A DNA stretch of 64,000 nucleotides from an uncultured delta proteobacterium (lineage in GTDB: Bacteria > Desulfobacterota > Binatia > UBA9968): contig CAWJZV010000046.1 in assembly GCA_963847445.1 (NCBI GenBank), positions 1 through 64,000 on the forward strand, given 5' to 3'. The notes beneath the pieces are model-generated. The model was not told where the DNA came from and did not search any database. It worked only from the letters and a program-made list of their open reading frames with translations. The translations under genes and the position numbers were made by a program. Position 1 is the stretch's first letter. Each line of letters opens with the position of its first letter. This document shows, piece by piece, positions 10,503-21,072 of the stretch.

Positions 10503-11864
10503 ATGCGACTTGTGAAGCGACATGGAACGCCACTGCTACTGATCGTCCTCGGCATCGGCATCGGCTTTTTCGTCTCCGCCCAGTGGGTACCGAACGTATC
10601 GGCGGTTGGGCGGCAGGACTACGAAAGCCTGGAAGCCTTCAGCAACATTCTGTCCATCGTTAAGAAAAACTACGTTGAGGATGTCGAGACCAAAAACTTG
10701 GTCAACGGCGCCATCAACGGCATGTTAAATTCCCTGGATCCCCATAGCGCCTACTTGACGCCCGATCTCTATAAGGATTTGCAAAGCGATACCCAGGGAC
10801 GATTCGGTGGCTTAGGCATCGAGATCACCGTCAAAGGCGGCATGCTGACCGTGGTTTCGCCGATCGAAGATACCCCGGCGCACAAAGCCGGTATCAAGCC
10901 GGGCGATCAGATTTTTAAGATCGAAGACGAATTCACCAAAGACATGTCCCTGGTGGACGCGGTGAAAAAAATGCGCGGGTTGAAGGGCACCAAGATCAAT
11001 CTGACGATCCGGCGCGAAAACACTGCCGATCTCATTGACGTCTCCTTGGTGCGCGATATCATTCGCGTGCAGAGCGTCAGGAGCCGCTCGTTGGAGCCCG
11101 GTTACGGCTATGTGCGTTTGGCGCAGTTCCAAGAACGCAGCGACCGCGATGTCCAGCGCGCCCTGGAAAAGTTGGCGGCGGAAAAGAGCGGTCTGAAGGG
11201 ACTGGTTCTGGATCTGCGCAACAATCCCGGCGGGTTGTTGAATCAAGCGGTGCGAGTCTCGGACCTGTTTCTCGACTCCGGCATGATCGTTTACACCGAC
11301 GGGCGCATCGAATCGCAAAAGCAGAAATTTTTCGCCCAGAAGGAAGGCACCTGGATGGATTTCCCGCTGGTCGTCCTGGTCAACGGCGGCAGCGCCAGCG
11401 CCTCGGAGATTGTCGCCGGCGCGCTGCAAGATCACAAGCGCGCGGTGGTTCTCGGCAGCAAGTCTTTTGGCAAGGGCTCGGTGCAGACGATCTTGCCGTT
11501 GGATGATAATTCGGCGCTGCGGCTGACCACGGCGCGTTATTTCACGCCCAAGGGCCGGTCGATTCAGGCCACCGGCATCGTGCCGGATATCCTCATTGAC
11601 AACGTCCCCCTGCAAGACGGCAAGCCCGACGAAAAAAAGCGGCCGAGCTTGCGCGAGGAAAACCTGCCGGGCCATTTGAATAACCCGCAGCAGAATTCTG
11701 CAAAGGAGCAGGAGCAGATCGACCGCGAACGGGAAAAGCAGATTCCCACTTCCGGTCCCACCGGCGACGAAACTATCGATAACGACCAGCAGCTCAAGCG
11801 CGCTCTCGATCTGTTGAAGAGCTGGGATGTATTCAAACAGGTGGTGCAGAAAAAGGCGGCGTAG
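10503..11864 (+). CDS. ctpA: Carboxy-terminal processing protease, S41A family
   Basis: LDPHS, PDZ FGGLGIEI, DLRNNPGGLL, SASASEIVAGALQD, FGKGSVQ. Confidence 0.95.
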   Translation: MRLVKRHGTPLLLIVLGIGIGFFVSAQWVPNVSAVGRQDYESLEAFSNILSIVKKNYVEDVETKNLVNGAINGMLNSLDPHSAYLTPDLYKDLQSDTQGRFGGLGIEITVKGGMLTVVSPIEDTPAHKAGIKPGDQIFKIEDEFTKDMSLVDAVKKMRGLKGTKINLTIRRENTADLIDVSLVRDIIRVQSVRSRSLEPGYGYVRLAQFQERSDRDVQRALEKLAAEKSGLKGLVLDLRNNPGGLLNQAVRVSDLFLDSGMIVYTDGRIESQKQKFFAQKEGTWMDFPLVVLVNGGSASASEIVAGALQDHKRAVVLGSKSFGKGSVQTILPLDDNSALRLTTARYFTPKGRSIQATGIVPDILIDNVPLQDGKPDEKKRPSLREENLPGHLNNPQQNSAKEQEQIDREREKQIPTSGPTGDETIDNDQQLKRALDLLKSWDVFKQVVQKKAA

Positions 11865-11889
11865 CATTTTCTAGTAAATTCAAATCGAT

Positions 11890-11924
11890 AAAAATGGCTC
11901 TCCTCTCGGAGGGCCTTTTTTTTT
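11890..11924 (+). terminator. Rho-independent terminator after ctpA
   Basis: Stem ggctctcc-tctc-ggagggcc followed by T9, with an A-tract upstream. Confidence 0.85.
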
Positions 11925-11943
11925 GTGCTACAGTCGCGGCAAC

Positions 11944-13185
11944 ATGGCGCGTATTATTGCGAAAAGAGCAATTGACTTACCGCTGTTCGCCGGCGACGCC
12001 CGCAAGTTTCTGACGATCAGCGAGCTCAACGAGCGGATCAAAGGCACGTTAGAGTCGCGGCTAGAACCGCTTTGGGTGCAGGGTGAAATCTCCAATTTTC
12101 GCATGCCGCCGTCGGGTCACTTTTATTTCACTCTCAAAGACGACAAGAGCCAAATCTCGGCGGTGATGTTTCGCCGCCAGGGGGCGCTGCTGCGCTTCAC
12201 GCCGGACAACGGCATGGCGGTGCTCTGCTTCGGCCGGGTCAGTGTTTATACCGTGCGCGGCGATTTGCAGCTCTATGTCGACGACATGGAGCCGCAGGGG
12301 CAGGGCGCGCTGGCGCTGGCCTTCGAGCAACTGAAAAAGCAGCTTGCCGCCGAAGGTTTATTCGCCAGCGAGCGCAAGCGCGAGCTGCCGTTCCTGCCCC
12401 ATTCCATTGGCATCGTTACTTCCGGCAAGGGCGCTGCGCTGCATGACATGCTGCGGATCATCGGCGACCGCTACCCTGACCGGCGTATCGTCGTTTGTCC
12501 GGTAAAAGTTCAGGGCGACGGCGCGGCGCGGGAGATCGCTGAGGGCATCGCCGATCTCAACCGTTTCGCTGCAGTCGATGTAATTATCGCCGGGCGTGGC
12601 GGCGGCTCATTGGAAGACTTATGGGCGTTCAACGAAGAAGTGGTCGCCCGGGCGATCTTCGCGTCGGAGGTTCCGGTGGTTTCGGCGGTCGGCCACGAGA
12701 TCGATTTTACCATCGCCGACTTCGTTGCCGACGCGCGCGCGCCGACGCCCACGGCGGCGGCCGAAATGGTATTGCCGCGCAAGCGCGATCTGTTGGAGCA
12801 AGTCGAGATTTTAGAAGCGCGCTTGGCTAGTGGGATCGATTTCAAAATCGAGCAGCTGCAGGAAACATTCCAGGGCTTGGTCAAGCGTTTGTCCGATCCC
12901 AGCCGCAAGTTGCGCGAGAATCAACAGCGAGTCGATGAGTTATCGGTTGATCTTTTGCGCCGTTTTCAAGAGCGGTTGCGCCAGCTCAGGGATCGCTTAG
13001 CCGAGCGCGCCGGACGTTTGGGCGCGCTCAGTCCTTTGGCCGTGCTCGAGCGCGGCTATAGCATCACGCACAAGTTGCCCGAGGAACTTATCGTCAAAAG
13101 TTCGGCGGAACTGCAAGCCGGCGATCGGCTGCGTGTCAGCTTCGCCCATGGAAAGGCGCTTTGTCTGGTGGAAGAGAAGGAATGA
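11944..13185 (+). CDS. xseA: Exodeoxyribonuclease VII large subunit
   Basis: WVQGEISN, SGHFYFTLKD, RGGGSLEDLWAFN, VGHEIDFTIADFVAD..APTPTAAAE. Confidence 0.96.
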   Translation: MARIIAKRAIDLPLFAGDARKFLTISELNERIKGTLESRLEPLWVQGEISNFRMPPSGHFYFTLKDDKSQISAVMFRRQGALLRFTPDNGMAVLCFGRVSVYTVRGDLQLYVDDMEPQGQGALALAFEQLKKQLAAEGLFASERKRELPFLPHSIGIVTSGKGAALHDMLRIIGDRYPDRRIVVCPVKVQGDGAAREIAEGIADLNRFAAVDVIIAGRGGGSLEDLWAFNEEVVARAIFASEVPVVSAVGHEIDFTIADFVADARAPTPTAAAEMVLPRKRDLLEQVEILEARLASGIDFKIEQLQETFQGLVKRLSDPSRKLRENQQRVDELSVDLLRRFQERLRQLRDRLAERAGRLGALSPLAVLERGYSITHKLPEELIVKSSAELQAGDRLRVSFAHGKALCLVEEKE

Positions 13186-13186
13186 A

Positions 13187-14107
13187 ATGACAGCGCTGCC
13201 TTTCTGCTCCTTTCTTTGGTTCGGGATTTTCGCAGTCCCGTCGTTGTTCGCTGCCGACGAGCCGAAGATTCACTGGCCCAAGCCGTTGGAGATCTCTCAG
13301 GGCGACCTCGTTGAGATCACAGTCGGCGGTGACGAGTTGCTTGAAGTGAACGGGCTGCTGGGCAAGGAGAAGATATATTTTCATTCCAGAGAAAAGGGAG
13401 TTCATTCAGCTTTAGTCGGTGTCGACGTCGAAGCGAAGCCGACGACGGTTAAATTAATACTGAAGGCGACCACCGCCGGCGGCGAACGACGTCAAAGCGA
13501 GGTGCCGCTCAAGATCAAAGCCAAGGCGTTTCACAAGGAATCCTTCAATGTGCCGCCGAGCTTCGATCAGATGAGCCCGGAGACGCTCGCCGAGATTCGC
13601 CGCGAACAGACGGCCTTCGCCAATGCCTTCGCCAATACGGCGGCGGAACGGCTGTGGAATCTGCCGTTTATCCGGCCGGTGCCACAGGAAGCATCGGCGT
13701 CCTCTTTCGGTTCGCGGCGCATTATCAACGGCGTGCCGCGCGCGCCCCATACCGGCACCGACCTGTCGGCGCCGGCGAGCACGGAAGTGGTCGCTACCAA
13801 TCATGGCCGGGTGGTATTGGTGGGCAATTTTTTCTTTGCCGGTGGCAGCGTCGTCATCGATCATGGCGGTAGCTTATTCTCGATGTATTTTCACCTGTCG
13901 GAGATCAAGGTCGAAGAGGGAGCGACGGTACGTCGTGGCGATGTGGTGGCGCTCTCGGGTGGCACCGGGCGGGTCACCGGGCCGCATCTGCATTGGGGCG
14001 TGCGTTTGAACAACACCCGAGTCGATCCGTTGGATCTATTGCGCAAGTTTTCCAGTCATACGGCTGCTATGGAGCCGAACAAAACAGCGGAGAAAGCGGA
14101 GAAATGA
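13187..14107 (+). CDS. M23-family metallopeptidase
   Basis: HTGTD, YFHLS, TGPHLHWG; N-terminal signal peptide. Confidence 0.9.
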   Translation: MTALPFCSFLWFGIFAVPSLFAADEPKIHWPKPLEISQGDLVEITVGGDELLEVNGLLGKEKIYFHSREKGVHSALVGVDVEAKPTTVKLILKATTAGGERRQSEVPLKIKAKAFHKESFNVPPSFDQMSPETLAEIRREQTAFANAFANTAAERLWNLPFIRPVPQEASASSFGSRRIINGVPRAPHTGTDLSAPASTEVVATNHGRVVLVGNFFFAGGSVVIDHGGSLFSMYFHLSEIKVEEGATVRRGDVVALSGGTGRVTGPHLHWGVRLNNTRVDPLDLLRKFSSHTAAMEPNKTAEKAEK

Positions 14108-14108
14108 C

Positions 14109-14366
14109 ATGGCGAAAAAAGAATCAACCAATAAGAATTTTGAAGGAGCATTGGAAGAACTGGAGCAGGTCGTCGAGCAACTCGAATCCGGCGATCTCGT
14201 CCTCGACGATTCACTGGCAGCTTTCGAAAAAGGCGTCGGCCTGGTGAAGTTTTGCAATCAGAAGCTCAATGAAGTGGAAAAAAGGGTCGAACTTCTAGTC
14301 AAGGACAAAGAAGGCAAAATACAGCTCAAGACGCTTCATGACCTGCCCGAAGAAGACACCGATTAA
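14109..14366 (+). CDS. xseB: Exodeoxyribonuclease VII small subunit
   Basis: FEGALEELEQVVEQLESGDL.LDDSL..FEKG. Confidence 0.95.
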   Translation: MAKKESTNKNFEGALEELEQVVEQLESGDLVLDDSLAAFEKGVGLVKFCNQKLNEVEKRVELLVKDKEGKIQLKTLHDLPEEDTD

Positions 14367-14392
14367 TTTCGCGGATTCAATTTGCTGTCATA

Positions 14393-15106
14393 CTAAATTT
14401 TTATCGGTACTGCGGATAGCTGTTTCACTGCACCGGCGACATGTTCTATCAACTGCTGGCGCGATGGGAAATCGCGCCGATAGACCGGTGGGCCGAAATT
14501 TAATTGCGCCAACCAGGTTGATCCGGTCTGGTATCGGATTCCCGTCGGGATGATCGGGATGGCTTGATGCATCACTCGTTCCGCGCTTTCGGCGATGACG
14601 GCGAAGCCGGGCTTAAACGGTAGAAACTCATCGGCGCCGGTCTTTGGCGTATAGATCGGATCGATGTTCGGATAACCTTCGGGAAAGATGATCAGCAGTC
14701 GTTTTTCGCCGAGAAGTTTTACCGACTGGCGCAAGGCCGCCAGTTGGTAGCGCGGCAAATCGCTCGGCTTGAAGAGCGTTCGACGCTGTGTCGCGCCGCT
14801 TAGGAGCGCATCCTCGCGCAGCACCATCGGCCAGCGGGCGAGTCGGTTGAGCATGCTCATTAAGAATTTGCTGCGCCGGCTCTGCGCCCAATCGAGCGTC
14901 ACGACGATATGAAAGCGCCTCTCGACGGCGGCAAAAAAAGCCAGGCCGTCGAACAGGTGGTGGTAATGGCGCGCGGCGATGATGGCCGGCCCCTTGGCTG
15001 GTAGGTTTTCTAACCCCTGAGCAACGGTTCTCAAGCGATTGACGGTGGGGATGCGGGCGAGGACATGCATCGCTTGATCGATGGCAAAGTCGGCGATTCT
15101 GTTCAC
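14393..15106 (-). CDS. PlsC-family acyltransferase, putative carotenoid-glycoside acyltransferase
   Basis: HYHHLFDG (HxxxxD), IFPEG, PFKPGF; directly downstream of a GT2 in a crt cluster. Confidence 0.75.
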   Translation of the reverse strand: MNRIADFAIDQAMHVLARIPTVNRLRTVAQGLENLPAKGPAIIAARHYHHLFDGLAFFAAVERRFHIVVTLDWAQSRRSKFLMSMLNRLARWPMVLREDALLSGATQRRTLFKPSDLPRYQLAALRQSVKLLGEKRLLIIFPEGYPNIDPIYTPKTGADEFLPFKPGFAVIAESAERVMHQAIPIIPTGIRYQTGSTWLAQLNFGPPVYRRDFPSRQQLIEHVAGAVKQLSAVPIKI

Positions 15107-15130
15107 TGGATGACGGCGTGGTCAGTTGAT

Positions 15131-16291
15131 TTAGCCAACCGGTTCGAAGACGCCGCCCTTGCCGCGGCGGTAAGTGCGGCCGCGCCAGCGATGACGGCGG
15201 CGCAGGGCGAATTGAATGATGCGCAGGATCACTGGTAAATCGGCGATGGGCGACAGCCAGTAGGTCCAGGGCCGGTTGGGGTAGGCGCGGGCAACACCGA
15301 AAAGGACGCCCAATCGGAGCATCAAGAAGAATCCGGCAACTATTAAGACCGGCAACGGTAAGCGAAATAGCGCGCTGAGAATGAGCGTCGGCATGGGTAA
15401 GGCTTGAACCCCCAACACCCCCAGCAATCCAATCGTCTCGCGCCAACCGAAGTACTGATCGCGCATGGGCAGGGACCGCGGCCAATTGTTCCAGGTCTCG
15501 CGCCAGTTTTCGTACATCTTAACGTCGACAAGTCCGTCCGATTCATAAAAGCCAATTTGCTCGCCGCATTCGGCGAGGCGGCGCACAATGGTGATGTCTT
15601 CGCACAGCGAGGCTTGCGCGGCGCGAAAAGCCTCCGTGCGCAGCAAGATCTGACGAGGCGCGAAAAAACATTGACCGTTGGCTTGAACGCGATGGCGATT
15701 TTTCGTCGCTCTGCCGGGCGAACCGAAGCGGTAGATCAGGGTGGTCAACATCGCCGGATGAATCAGCGCTTCGAGATTGCCCGACAATCGTTGTCCTGTC
15801 GCCACGGAGAAAATCCGGACGCCGCTTCTTTGAGCGTGGTGCAGCAGCGATCGCACCAGCTGCGGTTGGACCGTTACGTCCGCGTCGACGCACAGTATCC
15901 ACTCGCTATGGGTTGATGACCTTTGCAATCCCTGGTGGAGTCCCCAAGCTTTCCCGGTCCATTGGGGGTCCACAGGACTGGCGTCGACGAATTTGATCCG
16001 TTGATCGATTTTTTGAAGGCGCTGGACCATTCCTTGAGTGCCGTCGTTGGAGCCGCCATCGACGACGAGGATTTCCTGCAATTCGTCAGGCTGTTGGCAT
16101 AAAGCGGCGAGGCAGGCGTCGATCCGGTTGGCCTCGTTCAGTACCGGTAAGAGCACCGTGACGCGCTCCCTGGAAGGAACCGTGCTAACCTCGATGCGCA
16201 GTTTTGTTTTGGATAGGCCGAACAAGAATTCCTGTGCTTTCCAGTTGGCGACGGTCGTCTCAAGATTTGCCGGCGGAGAGCAAAGTTTCAC
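15131..16291 (-). CDS. GT2 glycosyltransferase, putative carotenoid glucosyltransferase (CruC/CrtQ-like); start uncertain
   Basis: LPVLNEA, VVDGGSNDGT, WTGKAW, DAD, ANGQC, EDI, C-terminal TMs and WRGR. Confidence 0.8.
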   Translation of the reverse strand: MKLCSPPANLETTVANWKAQEFLFGLSKTKLRIEVSTVPSRERVTVLLPVLNEANRIDACLAALCQQPDELQEILVVDGGSNDGTQGMVQRLQKIDQRIKFVDASPVDPQWTGKAWGLHQGLQRSSTHSEWILCVDADVTVQPQLVRSLLHHAQRSGVRIFSVATGQRLSGNLEALIHPAMLTTLIYRFGSPGRATKNRHRVQANGQCFFAPRQILLRTEAFRAAQASLCEDITIVRRLAECGEQIGFYESDGLVDVKMYENWRETWNNWPRSLPMRDQYFGWRETIGLLGVLGVQALPMPTLILSALFRLPLPVLIVAGFFLMLRLGVLFGVARAYPNRPWTYWLSPIADLPVILRIIQFALRRRHRWRGRTYRRGKGGVFEPVG

Positions 16292-17153
16292 AGGTGCTAC
16301 CGCCAGCGATCTGGCTCAGAACAAAGCGGCTTTCCTTTGGGTCGGGCTCGACCTCGGCCGATCGATTCAAGAAACTCGGCCACGCGCCGAGCACCCGTTG
16401 TTCGAAAAGTTGAGTCTCTATGCCGCCTTCGATTCTTCCCGGTTGAACCACGCGGCCGTTGAGGATCGAATGGCCGCGTTGCACGACATAAAACTCTCCG
16501 TCGGGTAATAGCGGGATGGAAATTTTGAGTGTGGCGGCCGGCTTGCCGTCGCCGTCCCAGTCGTACACTGCGGGATCGTCGATCTTGGCGGGCAGGGCGG
16601 TCTCGTTGCCGCTCGATTTGTAGCCGATCCGTTCGACGCCGAGGTCGGCGCGATAGCGCCAGCCTTGGACGTCTTTGTCGAATTGCAGCGGATACGCGTG
16701 TCTGGCCAGCGCTGCGACAAACTTGTCGGGAAAGATCATTTTGATGAACTTGGAGTCGTCGAGCACGCGAAAGTCGCAGGTCTTATGGGTTTGGATTAGC
16801 CCGGCGCCGTCGCGCTTGATCTCAACTAGAGAAACTGACTTCGATGCCGACTTCGATGTCCCGAAGACCGGCACTCGGGTTGTCGACGCCATGATCATTT
16901 CCAGACGGTAGGTGCCGGGGGGAAGAAGCTGGTCTTCCTGGGCGCTGGAAACCTCCGCTAACAACCCGCAACTAATGACAAGTGCAGACACCCAGCGCGT
17001 TAGAAATCTCGCCCGATTGCGGCAATTGTTGAGATAATTATTGATCAGGTCAAAATTAGGCTTGTGCATTTGCTTCGCTAAAACGTCAGGGGATTGCGTT
17101 ACGTTGAGTCTAGGCGATGAAAGTGTGTTTGCTTGGCTTGCGACCATTTTCAC
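16260..17153 (-). CDS. Hypothetical exported protein; true start probably downstream of the ORF start
   Basis: Signal-peptide-like WVSALVISCGLLAEVSSA, beta-rich mature part, DWDGDGKP motif, two Cys in the mature part. Confidence 0.65.
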   Translation of the reverse strand: MKMVASQANTLSSPRLNVTQSPDVLAKQMHKPNFDLINNYLNNCRNRARFLTRWVSALVISCGLLAEVSSAQEDQLLPPGTYRLEMIMASTTRVPVFGTSKSASKSVSLVEIKRDGAGLIQTHKTCDFRVLDDSKFIKMIFPDKFVAALARHAYPLQFDKDVQGWRYRADLGVERIGYKSSGNETALPAKIDDPAVYDWDGDGKPAATLKISIPLLPDGEFYVVQRGHSILNGRVVQPGRIEGGIETQLFEQRVLGAWPSFLNRSAEVEPDPKESRFVLSQIAGGSTCETLLSAGKS

Positions 17154-17213
17154 ATCTAGCAGTTTTTTTCAGGACTACACTATCCGTCACAAATGAGTCC
17201 ATATTCGCCGGGG

Positions 17214-18043
17214 TCATCTGGCGAACCGATCGGCAAAGATGAGGAGACGTGTCTTTGACTTCGTTCCAAGCGCTGCTTTCCGGGTCGACGAGATCATGAG
17301 CTGCGTTAACATCCTGGTATTGGACTCTGTTCGGAAAGCGGTTGAGTAGGCGAGCCGTGCACAGCGGGACGAACGACCTTGTCTTTGCTGCCCTGAATCA
17401 CCAAGGTCGGGACATCGATCTCGGAGGCTCGCTCAAATGCGCTGAGTCCGAGCTGACGAACTTGCGCGATCGAGTTCAACGGCACGGTGATCTGGCGGAG
17501 CGCCTGTTGGATCTGCGGGTTTTCAAGGTCGATGTCCTTGAACATCCTTTGCAGACCGAGGCGGAAATCGATAGCGGAGAAGTCAGCGTATTTCAGTGGT
17601 TTGACGCGGCGAAAGAGGAAACGAACCACCGGCCATAACATCCTTAACCAACCTTCGCCGAAACTCCAAAACGGCGCGAGCAAAACCAGCCCCGCCGGCC
17701 GCTGTTCCAGCGCGGTGTGCAATGCCAAGGCGCCGCCCATGGAGTAGCCAACCAAAATGACCACCGAGTGCTGTCGTTTCAGTTCTACCATGGCATGAAT
17801 TGCGGCGTCTGACCAATCGTGAAAGCTCCGTTGCTCTAGGCTAGCGAAATCCGCGCCTAAGCCAGGGAGCATTAGCCCATGCACGGTCCAGCCGGCGTCT
17901 CTCAGAACCGTGCCGAGCGGGCGCATTTCCGCCGGTGTTCCAGGAAAGCCGTGAAGGAGCAGGGCGGCGGGATCGCCTCGCTTGCCACGAAACGATCGAT
18001 GTTCAACACCGTCGAATGGCTTTGGCAGAATAATTTCACTCAT
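17214..18043 (-). CDS. Alpha/beta hydrolase (carboxylesterase-like); frameshifted near the 3' end
   Basis: HGFPG, GYSMGG, GSKDKVV; catalytic His (AAHDL) in the shifted frame. Confidence 0.85.
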
Positions 18044-18220
18044 GACATGAAAGCTAAGTCTTGGTTGACCTCAATGTTCTTACAGGAAAATTTGAGCAAG
18101 GGGAATTAACGGTGTTTTTGCGCGTGACCGGCTTTCGAGATTTTGGGCTCTTTACCTGACTTGGCGAGATGGTAGTAACTATCAGTTGCAGAGAAATGAT
18201 CGACGCTAACTAACTTATCT

Positions 18221-19675
18221 ATGGATCATCAACATCTTATCCTACTGACGGGCGCCACGGGATACGTTGGCGGCAGATTGCTGCACGCCTTAGAGGATCA
18301 CGGTTATCGTGTGCGCTGCCTCGCCCGACGACCGCAAGCGTTGCGAGGACGGGCAGGGGTAAACACCGAGGTTGTATTAGGCGACTGCTTCAACCCCGAA
18401 TCTCTCGAGTGCCGCGTTGGCGGGCGTGCACACGGCGTATTATCTGGTTCATTCCATGGGTTCCGCCGAATCATTTGAAGAAAAAGATCGGCAAGCCGCC
18501 AGCAATTTTGCCAAAGCCGCGCACCAAGCTAAAGTTCAGCGGATCATTTACCTTGGCGGTTTGGGTGAAGGCGCGCTGTCGCCGCATTTACGAAGTCGCC
18601 AGGAGGTTGGCGAAGCTTTGAATACGCACGGGCGTCGAGGTGATCGAGTTCCGCGCTTCGATTGTCATCGGCTCCGGCAGCCTTTCATTTGAAATAATTC
18701 GCGCTTTGGTTGAACGGCTGCCGGTGATGATCTGCCCGGCTTGGGTATCGATAGCCGCACAACCGATCGGCATCGAAGACCTGGTTAGTTATCTGGTCGA
18801 AGCTTTGGATCTTCCCGAACAGGGCCGCCGTGTCATTGAGATCGGCGGTGCCGATCAGGTTTCCTATGAAGATATCATGCGCGAGTATGCCAGGCAGCGA
18901 AATCTGCGCAGATTGATGATTTCGGTGCCGGTGTTGACGCCGCGCTTGTCGAGTCTTTGGCTCGGTCTGGTCACTCCGGTTTACGCGCGTATCGGCCGCA
19001 AATTAATCGACAGCATCCGCAATCCCACGGTGGTGCGAGATCCCAGCGCGCTCCAGCTATTCTCCGTCCGGCCGAAAGGGGTTCGGGAAATGATCGCCCG
19101 GGCGATCGTTAATGAAGATCGCGAGTTCGCTGCCACCAAGTGGTCGGATGCCTTGTCTTCCCGAGGCGAGGAGGCCAGTTGGGGCGGCGTGCGCTTTGGT
19201 AATCGGATTGTCGATTCCAGGGAAGTGTCGGTGAATTGTTCTGCGGCAAGCGCATTTCGGCCGATTCGCCGCATCGGCGGCGAAACCGGCTGGTACTACG
19301 GCGACTGGCTCTGGCAGGTGCGGGGCTTTTTGGATTTACTGTTTGGCGGTGTCGGCGTGCGCCGGGGACGGCGCGACCCCGAACAGCTTCAGGTTGGCGA
19401 TGCCCTGGACTTCTGGCGTGTCGAGGCTTTTGAGAATAATCAAAGACTTCTGCTCGCCGCCGAAATGAAGCTGCCAGGCCGAGCGTGGCTGGAATTTGCC
19501 GTTGAGGACCAAGGGACAGAGCTCGTTGATTCGTCAAACTGCGATCTTCGATCCCATCGGTGTTGCCGGATTGATGTATTGGTACGTCTTGTATCCGGTG
19601 CACAAGTTGATGTTCGGAAAGATGCTGGCTGCCATTGCCGCGGCATGCCATGACGAGAAAACCAAAGCCCAATGA
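18221..19675 (+). CDS. SDR NAD(P)-binding protein with DUF2867 (YbjT-like); frameshifted
   Basis: TGATGYVG, YLVHSM, HLRSRQEV, LDFWRVE, AEMKLPGRAWLEF. Confidence 0.85.
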
Positions 19676-21072
19676 AAACGCTGGATTCTATTCTCAGCGA
19701 TCCCAGGCTGACCGTGCGCCGCTCCGGGGAGCCTGACACGGACGGAAGATGCGTGGTTTACTGGATGCAGCGCGCCCAAAGAGCAGTCGACAATCCGGCG
19801 CTGACGGCCGCCATTGACGCAGGTAATTGTCTGGGCAAACCGGTGGTGGTGTTTTTTCAACTGGTTCCACACGCGCATCACGCGAATTATCGCCACTATC
19901 AATTTCTCGTTGAAGGGCTTGCGGATATCGCCGCGGAGCTGCAAAAGCGAAAAGTCGGCTTGGTTCTGCGCCGGTACCCGGACCATGGGTTATTGCAATT
20001 TTGTTCCGAGGTGCGGCCTTGCTTGGTCATCGCAGATGAAAATCCATTGATGGAAGCGGAGCGCACGAAAACTAGAATCGCCGAGAAAATTATCCCGCCG
20101 TTTTGGACCGTGGATTCCGACGTGGTTGTGCCGTCAAAGCTACTTGCCAAAGAGCACTACGCGGCGCGGACGATCCGTTCGAAGATCCACGCATTGTTGC
20201 CGCAATTTATGCGAAAGGTAGAGAATCCGGCGGCGCAGTTTCCATGGCGCACCCCATCCCACGTGTTGTCTCTGGTGCCTGATCCATCGCTGCTCGATAA
20301 TTTTCCCATCGACCGCGCGGTTGCGCCGTCGGCATATTTCCGTGGCGGTTCCCAAGCAGCTAAGCGCTGTTTCGAACAGTTTCTTCGATCCCGGCTTAAA
20401 GGTTACGCCACACAGCGCAACAAACCCGATCTCGATGGCACAAGCCAGTTGTCGCCGTATCTTCATTTCGGCCATATCGGCGTGCAACAGGTGGCGCTCG
20501 CGGTGCAACGGGCGGATGCCCCAGCCCAAGACCGCAATGCATTCTTAGAGGAGCTGATCGTGCGCCGCGAATTGGCGGTTAATTTCGTTCGCTTCAACCG
20601 CAACTATGAAAACTTCGATGCTTGCGAGCCCTGGGCGGATGTCACGCACCGCATACATGTTCGGGACCCCAGGCAGTATCTTTACAGCGAGAAGCATTTG
20701 GAAGACGCCGAAACCCATGATCCACTATGGAACGCCGCGCAAAAGCAGATGGTGCTGACCGGTTGGATGCATGGTTACTTGCGGATGTACTGGGCCAAGA
20801 AGATTCTTGAATGGACGGAATCGCCCCAGGCCGCCTATCAGATTGCCGTTCGGCTCAACGACCGCTACGAACTGGATGGCCGCGATCCCAACGGTTACGC
20901 CGGGATCGCCTGGGCGGTTGTCGGCAAGCATGACCGGGCCTGGGGCCCGGAGCGGCCAATTTACGGAAAAATTCGTTACATGTCCTTTGCCAGTACATCG
21001 CGCAAGTTCAACAGCAAAGCTTATATCGCGCGCGTGGCGGCGTTAGAAAAAGGCGCGCTGTCGGATCCTTAG
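19672..21072 (+). CDS. phrB: Deoxyribodipyrimidine photolyase, class II CPD type
   Basis: VVYWMQRAQR..DNPAL, SQLSPYLHFG, GWMHGYLRMYWAKK, DGRDPNGYAG, ERPIYGKIRYMS. Confidence 0.93.
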   Translation: MKTLDSILSDPRLTVRRSGEPDTDGRCVVYWMQRAQRAVDNPALTAAIDAGNCLGKPVVVFFQLVPHAHHANYRHYQFLVEGLADIAAELQKRKVGLVLRRYPDHGLLQFCSEVRPCLVIADENPLMEAERTKTRIAEKIIPPFWTVDSDVVVPSKLLAKEHYAARTIRSKIHALLPQFMRKVENPAAQFPWRTPSHVLSLVPDPSLLDNFPIDRAVAPSAYFRGGSQAAKRCFEQFLRSRLKGYATQRNKPDLDGTSQLSPYLHFGHIGVQQVALAVQRADAPAQDRNAFLEELIVRRELAVNFVRFNRNYENFDACEPWADVTHRIHVRDPRQYLYSEKHLEDAETHDPLWNAAQKQMVLTGWMHGYLRMYWAKKILEWTESPQAAYQIAVRLNDRYELDGRDPNGYAGIAWAVVGKHDRAWGPERPIYGKIRYMSFASTSRKFNSKAYIARVAALEKGALSDP

